This document shows, in pieces, positions 19,951-30,944 of a DNA stretch of 64,000 bases. The DNA comes from Clostridia bacterium (lineage in GTDB: Bacteria; Bacillota; Clostridia; TANB77; CAG-508). The notes under the pieces are model-generated. The model was not told the origin of the DNA. It searched no databases and worked only from the letters and a program-made list of their open reading frames with translations. The DNA lies in the NCBI GenBank assembly GCA_017511265.1, contig JAFWKV010000017.1, positions 7,312 through 71,311 on the forward strand, written 5' to 3'. A program made the translations under genes and the position numbers. Position 1 is the first letter of the stretch, and each line of letters starts with the position of its first letter.

Positions 19951-20580
19951 TTAATAAAGCAAAGTAATCGTGTTTCCAACTTTACGAATAAAGCCTTCTT
20001 CTTTTAAATGGCCAAGCTCACGAGTCATTGCACTTCTGTCTACACTCAAATAATCCGCCAAATCAGTATAAGAAAAAGGAATGGTAATAGTTTTATTTAA
20101 TCTATTAGAAGAAAGTATGTCAAAATAAGAAAGCAACTTATCTCTAGTATTTCGTTTAGTTAAAAGTTCAATACGTGTATTTAACTCAATTACTTTTTGT
20201 AAAACCATATCAGCCATACCCGAGTATAATTCATCATGAAAAGGGCAAGTTTTTTTACATCTATTTAAAACGTTTTCATAAAGAATAAAAAGTATTTCAG
20301 AATTTTTTTTAGCTTCGACAAATAATTCATTATTTGTATTTGCTGGATAAAATACTTCACCAAAAATATCATTTTCAGTAAAGTGTCCAATAATTGTTTT
20401 ATTTCCATTAAAATCATAACGAATCAAGTCAACTTCACCTTTTAGTACAATGCAGAGCTGATTTCTATTTTCTATATATGTTGTGACATTTTCACCTTTA
20501 GAAAATTTCTTTATATTGATTCTATCACAATTTGCTTGAATTTTTTGAATGAATTCGCTTTTATTAAAGTTGGTTATCAT
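19951..20580 (-). CDS. Crp/Fnr family transcriptional regulator
   Basis: cNMP-binding fold plus C-terminal HTH (TDLADYLSVDRSAMTRELGHLKEEGFI). Confidence 0.8.
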   Translation of the reverse strand: MITNFNKSEFIQKIQANCDRINIKKFSKGENVTTYIENRNQLCIVLKGEVDLIRYDFNGNKTIIGHFTENDIFGEVFYPANTNNELFVEAKKNSEILFILYENVLNRCKKTCPFHDELYSGMADMVLQKVIELNTRIELLTKRNTRDKLLSYFDILSSNRLNKTITIPFSYTDLADYLSVDRSAMTRELGHLKEEGFIRKVGNTITLLY

Positions 20581-20725
20581 ATATTTTCCTCCGAATATAA
20601 TATTACAGTTAAATTACAATAATATTACATTTGAATTATACAACCAATCTGTTGCAAATGCAACAGAAAAAAGACATATTATACATATAATTAGTATGTA
20701 TATTAATGTAAAATGGAGGACACAA

Positions 20726-22183
20726 ATGAAAGTTATAAAAAGAGATGGAAGAGCAGTGGACTTTAAAAGCGAAAAAATTTCTATTGCAATTGAAAAAGCA
20801 AATACAGAAGTTAAAGGCAAAGAAAAAGCAACAAAAAAAGAAATAGAAGAAATAATAAAATATATTGAAGATTTAGATAAAAAAAGAATACTTGTTGAGG
20901 ATATACAAGATATAATTGAACAAAAATTAATGGAAATACAAAAATATAATCTTGCAAAAAAATATATTGTTTATAGATACACAAGAGCATTAGTAAGAAA
21001 ACAAAATACTACAGATGAATCAATACTAGGATTAATAAAAAAATCGAATAGAACTATATCACAAAAAGGAGATAATCATAATGCTGTTATATCATCAATG
21101 CAAAGAGATTTAATTGCCGGAGAAGTTTCAAAAGATTTAACTAGAAGAATTTTACTACCTGAAAAAATAATTAAAGCCCATGATGAAGAAATCTTATATT
21201 TTCATGATGCAGAATATTTTTTACAGCCAATAGTTAATTCATGTGTAATAAATCTTAAGGATATGTTAGACAATGGCACTGTAATAAATGGAAAAATGAT
21301 AGATACGCCAAAAAGCTTTCAAGTTGCATGTACAGTAATGACACAAATTGCATTAGCTGTCGCAAGTAGCCAATATGGAAAACAATATATAGACGTAAGC
21401 TGTCTTGGTAAGTATTTAAGAAAAAGTCACGAAAAGTATACCAAACAGCTAGAAAGTAAATATAAAAATAAAATTAGCACAAATATAATAAAAGAAATTG
21501 CAATTGATAGAGTAAGGCAGGAATTAAATAATGGAGTACAAACAATTCTAAATCAAATAAATACCTTAATAACAACAAATGGAAAACCTCCATGTACTGT
21601 TTTATTATTAGACACACAAGAAGGAGACTTATATAAAGAAGAAAATGCTATGATAACAGAAGAAATAATTCGTCAAATAAACCAAGGAATAAAAAACGAA
21701 AAAGGAGAATATGAAAAAGTAGTATTACCTGAATTAATTACAGATACAAAAACAATACATAAAATTTTAGACCATAAATTTGACCAAGGAAAAGTAAGTA
21801 TTAATTTAGAGCAAATAGCAAAACTTGCAGAAAAAAATGAAGAAAGGTTTTGGACTTTGCTAGATGAAAAATTAGAAATATGCCATGAAGCCTTAATGTA
21901 TAGACATTATGCATTACTTGGAACACCAGCAGACATTAGTCCGATTCAATGGAGATATGGAGCAATAGCACGACTTGAACAAGGAGAAACAATAGATAAG
22001 TTGTTAAAAGATGGAAATTCAACACTTACTTTAGGATATAAGGGAATACAAAAAGCAATAGAGTTATTTACAGGAGAAGAAAGTAACAAAGAAGGTATAG
22101 CTTTTGAAAAAAACATTTTAAAAATTTTAAAAGAAAAAATACAAAAATGGAGAAAAGAATCTGGAATTGATTTTATTATATAA
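20726..22183 (+). CDS. ATP-cone + class III (anaerobic) ribonucleotide reductase-like protein, truncated or divergent (486 aa). No glycyl-radical C-terminus.
   Basis: N-terminus MKVIKRDGRAVDF (ATP-cone) and an NrdD-like AHDEEILYFHDAEYF segment. ORF ends at ESGIDFII with no RVCGY-type motif. Confidence 0.5.
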   Translation: MKVIKRDGRAVDFKSEKISIAIEKANTEVKGKEKATKKEIEEIIKYIEDLDKKRILVEDIQDIIEQKLMEIQKYNLAKKYIVYRYTRALVRKQNTTDESILGLIKKSNRTISQKGDNHNAVISSMQRDLIAGEVSKDLTRRILLPEKIIKAHDEEILYFHDAEYFLQPIVNSCVINLKDMLDNGTVINGKMIDTPKSFQVACTVMTQIALAVASSQYGKQYIDVSCLGKYLRKSHEKYTKQLESKYKNKISTNIIKEIAIDRVRQELNNGVQTILNQINTLITTNGKPPCTVLLLDTQEGDLYKEENAMITEEIIRQINQGIKNEKGEYEKVVLPELITDTKTIHKILDHKFDQGKVSINLEQIAKLAEKNEERFWTLLDEKLEICHEALMYRHYALLGTPADISPIQWRYGAIARLEQGETIDKLLKDGNSTLTLGYKGIQKAIELFTGEESNKEGIAFEKNILKILKEKIQKWRKESGIDFII

Positions 22184-22280
22184 ATATGATATAATATCAT
22201 TATTAAGCTTAATAGCTTATATGTAAGTCCTATATTGATAATCAGTATAGGTTAGGCAACCTTGACGAAAGGGGAGAATT

Positions 22281-22679
22281 ATGAGTTTTATTCACTTGCC
22301 AGATAGGGAACTTTTCGAGGAAGGAGTACTTCTTACAAGCGAATATAATGAAGATGTACGGTGTGATTTGTTTGGACTACGTAGGTTAAGTGATAATACA
22401 GACATTATTCCATGCGTGTATAAAAGTATACTTAGCTATAGAAATGGATTTGCAAGAGTTATAGACTTAGCTGGGAATCTTCGATACGTAAATGAAACGG
22501 GAGATTTCCTATTTGACAGAGAACTGCCATTTATTCCAGAACTTTGTGATGACTTTAATGAGGATGGCAAAGCAATTATTGCTTGCCTTGTTGAAGGCTG
22601 TTTCATCGTAAAAGGGCATATGAATACTGATGGTGAGATGTTCCTCAAAGGGTATAACGATAGAAATGTAGTCCTCTAG
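22281..22679 (+). CDS. Hypothetical protein, possibly WG-repeat-like
   Basis: 132 aa. Segment YRNGFARVIDLAGNLRYVNETGDFLF resembles WG/KWG repeats. Confidence 0.3.
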   Translation: MSFIHLPDRELFEEGVLLTSEYNEDVRCDLFGLRRLSDNTDIIPCVYKSILSYRNGFARVIDLAGNLRYVNETGDFLFDRELPFIPELCDDFNEDGKAIIACLVEGCFIVKGHMNTDGEMFLKGYNDRNVVL

Positions 22680-22743
22680 CAACTGTAAACTAACTCATAA
22701 TATCAGGTAAAAAGGAGACTGTTCTTAATTGAACAGTCTCCTT

Positions 22744-23184
22744 TTACAAGTATTTTTTTAAAGTTTCAACACTATCTTCTTGCATTGTTACAAAATCACT
22801 TAAAAGTTGCTTAACTTCGTCATTTATTTGTCCATCCTGATTTTGATTTATCAATCTTCTTCCTTCAATAATTCCCATATTAGTACCTTGCATTAAAAGC
22901 TCAGAAACCTTAGAATTACTTTTGTCAGACATAGTGTTCATCTGAATTCCGTACCAAGTCATCATTTTTTCCATTTTGTTAGGCTCATGAGGCTCTTTAT
23001 CTCCATACTTTGGATACATTTGCTCAATTCTTTTAGAGATATCACTATATTTGTCATATTCAATATTTAATACATCTCTAAATTGAGGGTCACCTACTTT
23101 GGGTGATACATATTCAATCGCATTCATTCCCATAGTCGCACCTTTACTAATTTCATCTAAAACATTAACATTATTTTGTTCCAT
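22744..23184 (-). CDS. Hypothetical protein (146 aa). Start reset to MEQNNVN, which has an AGGAGG ribosome-binding site.
   Basis: Strong ribosome-binding site ttaggaggaatttt upstream of the ATG. No family recognised. Confidence 0.5.
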   Translation of the reverse strand: MEQNNVNVLDEISKGATMGMNAIEYVSPKVGDPQFRDVLNIEYDKYSDISKRIEQMYPKYGDKEPHEPNKMEKMMTWYGIQMNTMSDKSNSKVSELLMQGTNMGIIEGRRLINQNQDGQINDEVKQLLSDFVTMQEDSVETLKKYL

Positions 23185-23247
23185 AAAATTCCTCCTAATT
23201 TTTATATTGTTCTTATTATTAACAAATTTTTGAAAAATATTCTTTGA

Positions 23248-23280
23248 AGTTGTCAATGTGGACGGTTCTAATTGACAACT
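23248..23280. repeat. 33-bp palindromic element agttgtcaatgtggacggttctaattgacaact
   Basis: Near-identical copy at 44051-44083 and a variant at 23342-23374. Confidence 0.55.
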
Positions 23281-23389
23281 TGACAAATTTAAATTATAAA
23301 ATATAATTAATTAAAACGAAACTGCCAATAGTGAGAAAAAAGGTTGTCAAAGGGGACGTAGCAAACTGACAACCTTCAAGGAGGTAAAT

Positions 23390-26300
23390 ATGCCAAAAGT
23401 TAATTGGACCAAAGAACAAGAACAAGCAATATATGAAAAGGGATCAAATATATTAGTTGCAGCAGCAGCACGGAAGTGGAAAAACTGCTGTATTAGTTGA
23501 GCGTATAATAAATAAAATAATAAATGAAAACATAGATATAGACAAATTATTAGTTGTAACATTCACAAATGCAGCAGCTTCTGAAATGAGAGAAAGAGTG
23601 TTAGATGCAATTTATAGCAAATTAGAAGAAAATCCAGAAAACGAAAGACTACAAAGGCAAATTACATTAATAAACAAAGCAAGTATCTGTACAATAGACT
23701 CATTCTGTTTAGATGTTATAAAAAATAACTTTTATGAAATAGACATTTCACCCAACTTCAGAATAGCAGATACAGCAGAAATAAATCTATTAAAACAAGA
23801 CGTACTTGAAGAACTATTTGAAAATAAATATGAAAATCAAGACAAAGATTTTACAAAACTAATAACCACATATACAGGTTATAGAGATGATACACCACTA
23901 AAAGAACTAATACTTAAAATATATGATTATATCCAAAGTAATCCATTTCCATCAAAATGGCTAAACGAAAAAATTGAAATGTTTAATTTAGAAAAAAGAC
24001 TTGAAAAAGACTTTGCAACAACAGTATGGGGAGAAAAATTATTACAAGAACTGGGAGAAGAACTAATTGATGATATATTAATGTTGCAAGAAGCAAAGCT
24101 TATATTAGCAAGAGAACCAGAATTAGACAAATTCGAAAAAGTAATAGATGATGACATAGATAGTTTACAAATGCTAAAAATAAATTTAGATTCGTGGGAC
24201 AAATCATATGAAATTGCAAGTAACATAAAATTCAGTAAATGGCCAACAGATAGAAAACTAAATTACCAAGAAAAAGATGATGCTAAATCAATTAGAGACA
24301 TAGTTAAGAAAAAACTAAAAAAGAAAACAGACAAAATACTTATCTTTAATTCAAAAGAAGCAAATCAAGATATTTATGATATGTATGAAGTACTTAAATT
24401 ACTCAAAAATCTAATATTGGAATTTGATGGTGTATTTAATAAGGCTAAAAGAGAAAAAAACATATTAGACTTCAACGATATAGAGCACACAGCACTTAAA
24501 ATACTGCTAAAAGAAAATGAGGACGGAAAACAAGTTCCAAGTGAAGTTGCAAAAATGTATCAAGAAAGATTCTGTGAAATTGCAATAGATGAATATCAGG
24601 ACAGCAATTTAGTACAAGAATATATACTAACATCAATTCAAAAAAACAATAACATATTTATGGTTGGTGATGTAAAGCAAAGCATATACAGATTTAGACA
24701 AGCAAGACCAGAACTATTTTTAGAAAAATATGCTAAGTACAAATTAAAAAACGAAAAGAAGGAAAAAGATAATTTAAAAATAAAATTATTTAAAAACTTT
24801 AGAAGTAGAGAAAACATTTTAAACTTTACAAATATAATATTTGAAAATATCATGAGTAATGTATTAGGAGACATAAACTACAACCAAGAAGAATATTTAA
24901 ACCTTGGTGCAGATTATGAAACTGAAAAAAATGCAAATCTAAAAACAGAAATAAGTATAATTGATGTTTTTGGGGACGGGGCAAAAAAACATCACGAAGA
25001 AAATAATGCTGAAGCTATAAGTGAAAGTTTTCAAGAAAACGAAGAAGAAATACAATTAATAGAAAACACTGAAATAGAAGCAAAATTTGTTGCAAATAAA
25101 ATAAAAAAATTAATAAACAACCATACAAAAGTATATGATGCTAAAAACAAAGAATTTAGAAATATAAAATATAAAGACATTGTAGTATTACTCAGGTCAA
25201 CTAAAGATATTGCAAACGTATACGAAAAAGAAATCTTAAATTTAAATATGCCAGTGTTTTGTGACACCTCAGCAGAATATTTAGACTCAATAGAAATTCA
25301 AACAATAATGTCTGTGCTAAAAATTATAGATAATCCATTAAATGATATTGCATTAATTACGTGCTTGCGTTCACCAATCGGAAATTTTACAGACAATGAT
25401 TTAGTCCAAATACGACTTTCAGACAAATATGATAATTTTTATAATACAATGTTAAAAGCAAAATTAAATGTTGATAAAAGTCTAAAACAAAAAATAGATA
25501 ACTTTATAAATAATATCAATACCTGGAGAGAAGAAAAAGAATATTTATCCCTAGATGAACTAATATGGAAAATCTATACAAAAACTGGTTATTACAACTA
25601 TGTAGGACTTATGCCAAATGGTAATTTAAGACAAGCAAACTTGAAAAAACTATTTGAAAAGGCAAAGCAGTATGAATCAGCAAGCTTTAAAGGTTTGTTC
25701 AATTTTATAAACTTTATAGAAAAGTTACAATTAAGTAGTGGAGATTTAGGAGCAGCAAAACTAATAGGAGAAAATGAGGATGTCATAAGAATAATGAGTA
25801 TACACAAAAGTAAAGGGCTTGAATTTCCTATAGTTTTTCTAGCTGGTACAGGAAAACAATTCAATTTGATGGATTTGAATGATAGCATACTTATGCATCA
25901 TGAAATGGGATTTGGTGTAAAATACATAGACTATGAAAAACAAATCCAATATGATACCTTATCAAAAGCTGCTTTAAGAGATCAACTTTTACAAGATACT
26001 TTGTCAGAAGAAATGAGAATACTTTATGTTGCACAAACAAGAGCAAAAGAAAAATTATATATTACTGCAACAAGCAAAGATGCAGAAAAAGAAATTAACG
26101 ATTTAAAACAAATTGTAAATATGTATCCAAAAACAGAAGGAAAAATAAATCCTGTTATTATAAAAAAATATAAAAGATTTATTGATTGGATTTTACTTAC
26201 AAGCATATATGAAAAAGAACAATTTGAAAAATTAGCAACAATTGAAGTTGTACAAGCTAAAGACATACAAACTACAGCTAATGAAGAAAAAGAAAAGATT

Positions 26301-27074
26301 GATGTTATCAAAATTTTAGAAAATCAGGACGAAAATATAGTTGACTTAAAGAGGGTGAAAGAATTGCTTGAGAGTAATTACAAATATATTTCATCAATAG
26401 ATATACCAACAAAAACATCTGTTACAAGATTAAAACAAGCAAACCAAGAACCTTTAAATAAAAATACAGATGAAATTAGCTTTGCAAAGCCTGAATTTTT
26501 AAGGAAAGATAAAGATGAACATATAACATCTGCACAAAAGGGAACTCTAGTACATTTATGTATGCAGAGATTAGACTACAAAAAGAATTATAGTGTAAAT
26601 GATGTAAAAGAATTAATACAAGAATTACAAGCCAAACAAATCATAACAGAAAAAGAAGCGAAGTGTATAAATCCTGATAAAATTTATAAATTTACACAAT
26701 CTTCTATATGGAAAGAAATGCAAGAAGCTAAAGAAGTTCATCAAGAAAAAACTTTTTATATAAATATTCCTGCAAAGAATATTTATGGAGAAAATATAGA
26801 TGAAGACATTTTGGTACAGGGAATAATTGACTTATATTTTATAGATAAAAATGATAATTTAATTTTAGTTGATTATAAAACTGACTATGTTGAATTTGGC
26901 AAGGAAGCTGAACTTGTGAATAAATATTCAGAACAATTAAATTTGTATAGTCAAGCATTAGAAGGAGCTTTGAATAAAAAGGTTTATAAAAAATATATTT
27001 ATTCAACATATTTAAATAGGGAATTACAATTAACAGATAATAATACTGATTCTAGCAATATGATAAATATATAA
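23390..27074 (+). pseudogene. addA: ATP-dependent helicase/nuclease AddA (RexA) with a +1 frameshift inside the Walker A motif
   Basis: The 23390 frame gives MPKVNWTKEQEQAIYEKGSNILVAAAA. The next frame (ORF 23457) continues GSGKTAVLVERI. The sequence gcagcagcagcaCggaagtgga carries an extra C relative to the expected AAAAGSGKT. The C-terminal RecB-type nuclease motif GIIDLYFIDKNDNLILVDYKTD is intact. Confidence 0.8.
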
Positions 27075-27080
27075 ATACGA

Positions 27081-27182
27081 AAATCTTTGTATGTCGCAAG
27101 CTACAAACTTAATTATTACTAGTAGGTAGCTTGCTCCAATCGCACTCGCCAAAGGCTCGTTTGATCGCTTACGCAGATTTTC
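27081..27182 (-). repeat. Intergenic repeat family R3, copy B
   Basis: Reverse complement shares gaaaatctgcgtaagcga...gagtgcgattggagcaagctac...agcttgcgaca with 17725-17874. Confidence 0.55.
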
Positions 27183-27278
27183 TTTATTTATATATTTACC
27201 TATTGCTAATATAATTTTTCAAAACGGTGAATTGTAACAATAAGAGAATGCTGTTAGAAAGTTTTTGCTAAAAAAGAA

Positions 27279-27307
27279 TTGACAATAGTTTTAATCTATG
27301 TTACAAT
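27279..27307 (+). promoter_or_regulatory. SigA-type promoter of the rplU-rpmA operon
   Basis: ttgaca, 17 nt, tacaat. Confidence 0.5.
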
Positions 27308-27309
27308 TA

Positions 27310-27405
27310 ATAACTGTAATCCGCTTAATCAAGGTAGATAAGAGGTAATTTTAAACCCACCTTAAATTAAGGATTAGCGAGTATACATATAAGGGAGGTG
27401 CATTT
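27310..27405 (+). ncRNA. Putative L21 ribosomal-protein leader (5' UTR structure) upstream of rplU
   Basis: About 95-nt structured leader between promoter and ribosome-binding site. Firmicute rplU operons commonly carry an L21 leader element. Confidence 0.3.
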
Positions 27406-27408
27406 TAA

Positions 27409-27783
27409 ATGTACGCAATAATCGAAAGCTGTGGAAGACAATACAAAGTAGCAGAAGGAGATGTTGTATTTTTTGAAAAATTAGATGCAGAAGAAGGGAA
27501 AAAAGTTAAATTTGATAATGTAATTTTATTCTCAGACGGAAAAAAAGTACAAGTTGGAAATCCTTATGTTAAAGGTATTAAAGTTGAAGGTAAAGTAGTT
27601 GCCCATGGTAAAGGCAAAAAAATAATAGTTTACAAAATGAAACCAAAAGCAAACTATAGAAGAAAATATGGTCACAGACAACCATATACAAAAGTTGAAA
27701 TAACAGCAATAAAGTTACCTACAGCAAAAAAAGCAGAACCAGCAAAAGCTGAAAAAAAGACTGCTGAAAAAAAAGAAGCATAA
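27409..27783 (+). CDS. rplU: 50S ribosomal protein L21 with a Lys/Ala-rich C-terminal extension
   Basis: [20 protein letters not shown]... is canonical L21. Confidence 0.9.
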   Translation: MYAIIESCGRQYKVAEGDVVFFEKLDAEEGKKVKFDNVILFSDGKKVQVGNPYVKGIKVEGKVVAHGKGKKIIVYKMKPKANYRRKYGHRQPYTKVEITAIKLPTAKKAEPAKAEKKTAEKKEA

Positions 27784-27835
27784 ATTAGAAATTTATTTAA
27801 ACGGTATAAATAAATAACCGAAAGGAGTGAGAAGA

Positions 27836-28108
27836 ATGGCTCATAAGAAGGGGCAAGGATCAAGTCATAATGGTAGAGAGAGTGAATCAAAAAGACTTGG
27901 TGTAAAAAGAGCTGACGGTCAATTTGTTCTTGCAGGAAATATTTTAATTAGACAAAGAGGAACAAGCACACATCCAGGTATTAATGTAGGAAAAGGTAAA
28001 GATGATACCTTATTTGCATTAGTTGATGGAATAGTTAAATTTGAAAGAAAAGGTAAAGATAAAAAACAAGTTAGTGTTTATCCTGTTGAAGAAGCTAAAA
28101 AAGCCTAA
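27836..28108 (+). CDS. rpmA: 50S ribosomal protein L27. No N-terminal propeptide and no prp gene between rplU and rpmA.
   Basis: [31 protein letters not shown]. Confidence 0.95.
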   Translation: MAHKKGQGSSHNGRESESKRLGVKRADGQFVLAGNILIRQRGTSTHPGINVGKGKDDTLFALVDGIVKFERKGKDKKQVSVYPVEEAKKA

Positions 28109-28131
28109 ATCATTTGATTTGGGCTTTTTTG
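28100..28131 (+). terminator. Rho-independent terminator after rpmA
   Basis: aaagcc...gggc followed by tttttt. Confidence 0.55.
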
Positions 28132-28155
28132 CTTATGGGATTAAAGGAGAGAAAT

Positions 28156-29514
28156 ATGCCAGTAGAAAAAAATAAAGAATATATAGTTGATATTATAGAC
28201 AATGGTTTTAAAGGAGAGGGTATAGCAAAAATCGATGATTTTACTATATTTATTAATGGTGCAATAAAAGGTGAAAGAGTAAAAATTCTTATTGTAAAAG
28301 TACATACTTCTTATGCATTTGGCAAAATAATTGAATTTATGAAAAAAGCTTCATTTAGAGTAGAAGAGGACTGTGCAACTTATAAAAGATGTGGAGGCTG
28401 TAGCTTGAGACATGTAGATTATAAAGAAACTTTAAAAATAAAGCAAAATGCAGTGCAATCATTAATTGATAAAACTTTAAAAGACAAGATAAAAGTTGAA
28501 GAAACACTTGGAATGGAAAGACCTTTTTATTATAGAAATAAATTACAATACCCAATTGGTTTAAATAAAACAGGAGATCCTATTATGGGAGTTTATGCAA
28601 ATAGAACTCATGAAATAATTCCAGTAGAAAAATGTTTAATTCAAAATAATGAAGCTGAAGAAATAGCAAAAGATATTTTTGATTTTATAAAAGAGAATAA
28701 AATAACTATATACAATGAAAGCAATGGCAAAGGCCTAATTAGACATATAATTGTGAAAATTGGAGTCAAAACAAATGAAGTAATGTGTGTAGTAGTTATT
28801 AATGGTAGTAACTTTCCAAAGCAAAATGAGTTTATTAAAAAGACAACTGAAAAACATAAAAATATTAAATCAATTGTAGCTAATATTAATACTAAAAATA
28901 CAAATGTAATACTTGGAAATGAAAATATTAATTTATATGGAAATGGATATATACAAGATGTTTTAGGAAAATATACTTTTAATATTTCACCGATGTCATT
29001 TTATCAGGTAAATCCAGTGCAAGCAGAAAGATTATATAATATAGCAATTGAAGGAGCTAATATAAATAAGGATAACATTGTTTTTGACCTGTATTGTGGA
29101 ATTGGGACTATTTCTTTATTTGTGTCTGAATTTGCAAAAAAGGTTTATGGGGTTGAAATTGTAGAAGAAGCGGTAAAAATGGCAAAAGAAAATGCTAAAA
29201 TTAACAATGTATATAATACTGAATTTCTTGCAGGTGACGTAGAGTTGATTTTAGATGATTTAGTTAATAAGAAAAAAATTAATCCTGATGTTGTAATTGT
29301 TGATCCTCCTAGACGAGGATTAGACAATGAAAGTATTAATAATTTACTTAGAGTAAAAACAAAGAGAATTGTATATATTAGCTGTAATCCTGCAACTTTA
29401 ATACGTGATTTAGCTAAACTAGAGAATTACTATAAAGTAAATTTTATTAAACCTGTTGATATGTTTCCTTACACAAGCCATGTGGAATGCGTTGCGTTGC
29501 TATGTTTGAGATAA
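28156..29514 (+). CDS. 23S rRNA (uracil-5)-methyltransferase RlmD/RumA family
   Basis: TRAM domain, 4Fe-4S Cys cluster CGGCSLRH, SAM-MTase motifs DLYCGIGT and VDPPRRG. Confidence 0.8.
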   Translation: MPVEKNKEYIVDIIDNGFKGEGIAKIDDFTIFINGAIKGERVKILIVKVHTSYAFGKIIEFMKKASFRVEEDCATYKRCGGCSLRHVDYKETLKIKQNAVQSLIDKTLKDKIKVEETLGMERPFYYRNKLQYPIGLNKTGDPIMGVYANRTHEIIPVEKCLIQNNEAEEIAKDIFDFIKENKITIYNESNGKGLIRHIIVKIGVKTNEVMCVVVINGSNFPKQNEFIKKTTEKHKNIKSIVANINTKNTNVILGNENINLYGNGYIQDVLGKYTFNISPMSFYQVNPVQAERLYNIAIEGANINKDNIVFDLYCGIGTISLFVSEFAKKVYGVEIVEEAVKMAKENAKINNVYNTEFLAGDVELILDDLVNKKKINPDVVIVDPPRRGLDNESINNLLRVKTKRIVYISCNPATLIRDLAKLENYYKVNFIKPVDMFPYTSHVECVALLCLR

Positions 29515-29601
29515 TCGCTAAACCCTGTATATTGTAGATGCTTCGAGAAATTAAACAAGGAATTTTTAGGCATAAAAAATGAAATAGGAGATGGAGAATA
29601 A

Positions 29602-30186
29602 ATGAAAAAAACAATCGTAATTGCGTCTAATAATGAACATAAATTAAAAGAATTTAAGGAAATATTAACAGAATACAATATAGTTACCTTAAATGATATT
29701 AGTTATTATGATGATATAGAAGAAACAGGAACAACATTTGAAGAAAATGCTCTGATAAAAGCACAAACAATTCATAAGTATTTAAAAAGTAGAGGTTTAG
29801 ATTATATTGTTATAGCTGATGATAGTGGATTATGTGTAGAATCTTTAAATGGAGCTCCTGGGGTATATAGTGCAAGATATGCAGGAGGGCACGGAGATAA
29901 TGAAGCAAATAGAAGTAAACTTCAACAAGATTTAATAGGTAAAGAAAGAGATGCATATTTTATATGTACTATTGTTGTAGTTTATACCAATGGAGAGCAT
30001 AAAACATTTGAAGGTAAAACATTTGGAAAGATTACTGAAGAAGAACTTGGAAAAAAAGACTTCGGATATGATTGTATCTTTTATTCAAATGATTTAAATA
30101 AGACATTTGGAGAAGCAACAGAAGAAGAGAAGAATAGTGTATCACACAGAGGAAGAGCTATAAAAGAAATGATAAAATGGTTTTAA
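29602..30186 (+). CDS. rdgB: Non-canonical purine NTP pyrophosphatase (RdgB/HAM1)
   Basis: MKKTIVIASNNEHKLKEFKEIL... Confidence 0.85.
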   Translation: MKKTIVIASNNEHKLKEFKEILTEYNIVTLNDISYYDDIEETGTTFEENALIKAQTIHKYLKSRGLDYIVIADDSGLCVESLNGAPGVYSARYAGGHGDNEANRSKLQQDLIGKERDAYFICTIVVVYTNGEHKTFEGKTFGKITEEELGKKDFGYDCIFYSNDLNKTFGEATEEEKNSVSHRGRAIKEMIKWF

Positions 30187-30225
30187 ATGATATCGGAATA
30201 GGTTTTACAAACAAAGAAATAAATG

Positions 30226-30254
30226 TTGACATAACGAGAAAAATATGGTAATAT
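30226..30254 (+). promoter_or_regulatory. SigA-type promoter
   Basis: ttgaca, 17 nt, taatat. Confidence 0.45.
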
Positions 30255-30393
30255 TATTATTGTAAGGGAGTAATTACCTAAAAATAGGAACAAGGTCAAC
30301 ATTCGACCAAAAGTCTAGCTTTGTTTTAAAAAATGAGACTTACTAATCAAGTATTAGGTAAGTTTCAAAACCAAAATTAAATAAGAAATTAAT

Positions 30394-30430
30394 TAAGACT
30401 TACTTAATACAAAATTAAGTAGGTCTTTTT
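30394..30430 (+). terminator. Perfect hairpin terminator about 170 nt downstream of the promoter. Delimits a possible small RNA or leader.
   Basis: aagacttacttaat acaaa attaagtaggtctt tttg. Confidence 0.55.
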
Positions 30431-30482
30431 GTATGCTTAAAATTAAGAAACAAAAAGACCAAATGGAAAGGAGGTATAATTA

Positions 30483-30647
30483 ATGCAATTTGTATTAGAA
30501 CAAACAAGAACAGCTAACACATATGATAAAAAACCTGATACAGCCAACTATGACGTAAATATAAGAAATATATCTTATACAACATTAAGATTACCTAAAC
30601 GAGAGATTGAGAACATAAAATGGCTATTTTCAGGAGATATAAGCTAA
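30483..30647 (+). CDS. Small ORF (54 aa) with a strong ribosome-binding site. Not in the ORF track.
   Basis: ggaaaggaggtataattaATG. Product MQFVLEQTRTANTYDKKPDTANYDVNIRNISYTTLRLPKREIENIKWLFSGDIS. Confidence 0.35.
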   Translation: MQFVLEQTRTANTYDKKPDTANYDVNIRNISYTTLRLPKREIENIKWLFSGDIS

Positions 30648-30944
30648 AAGAAAAATACAACACAAATAATATTTTTAATAAAAAATAAACAAGTAAATAA
30701 TAACACCAAATCTATGATAATATGTTACCGAAATGTTACCAAATTGTAATGAAAAAGAAATATTATACAGCATTATGTATGATATAATAAAAAAGAAATT
30801 TACTATGATGAAATGAGGAAAAAATGTTTATTATGACAAAAAGAAAAAGCAGTAAGCTTATATAATAAAATGATTCTTTGCATAGTTATCATACATTGTT
30901 AACATAAAACTGAAAAGCAGACTAAAACAAAAAGGAGTAAATTT

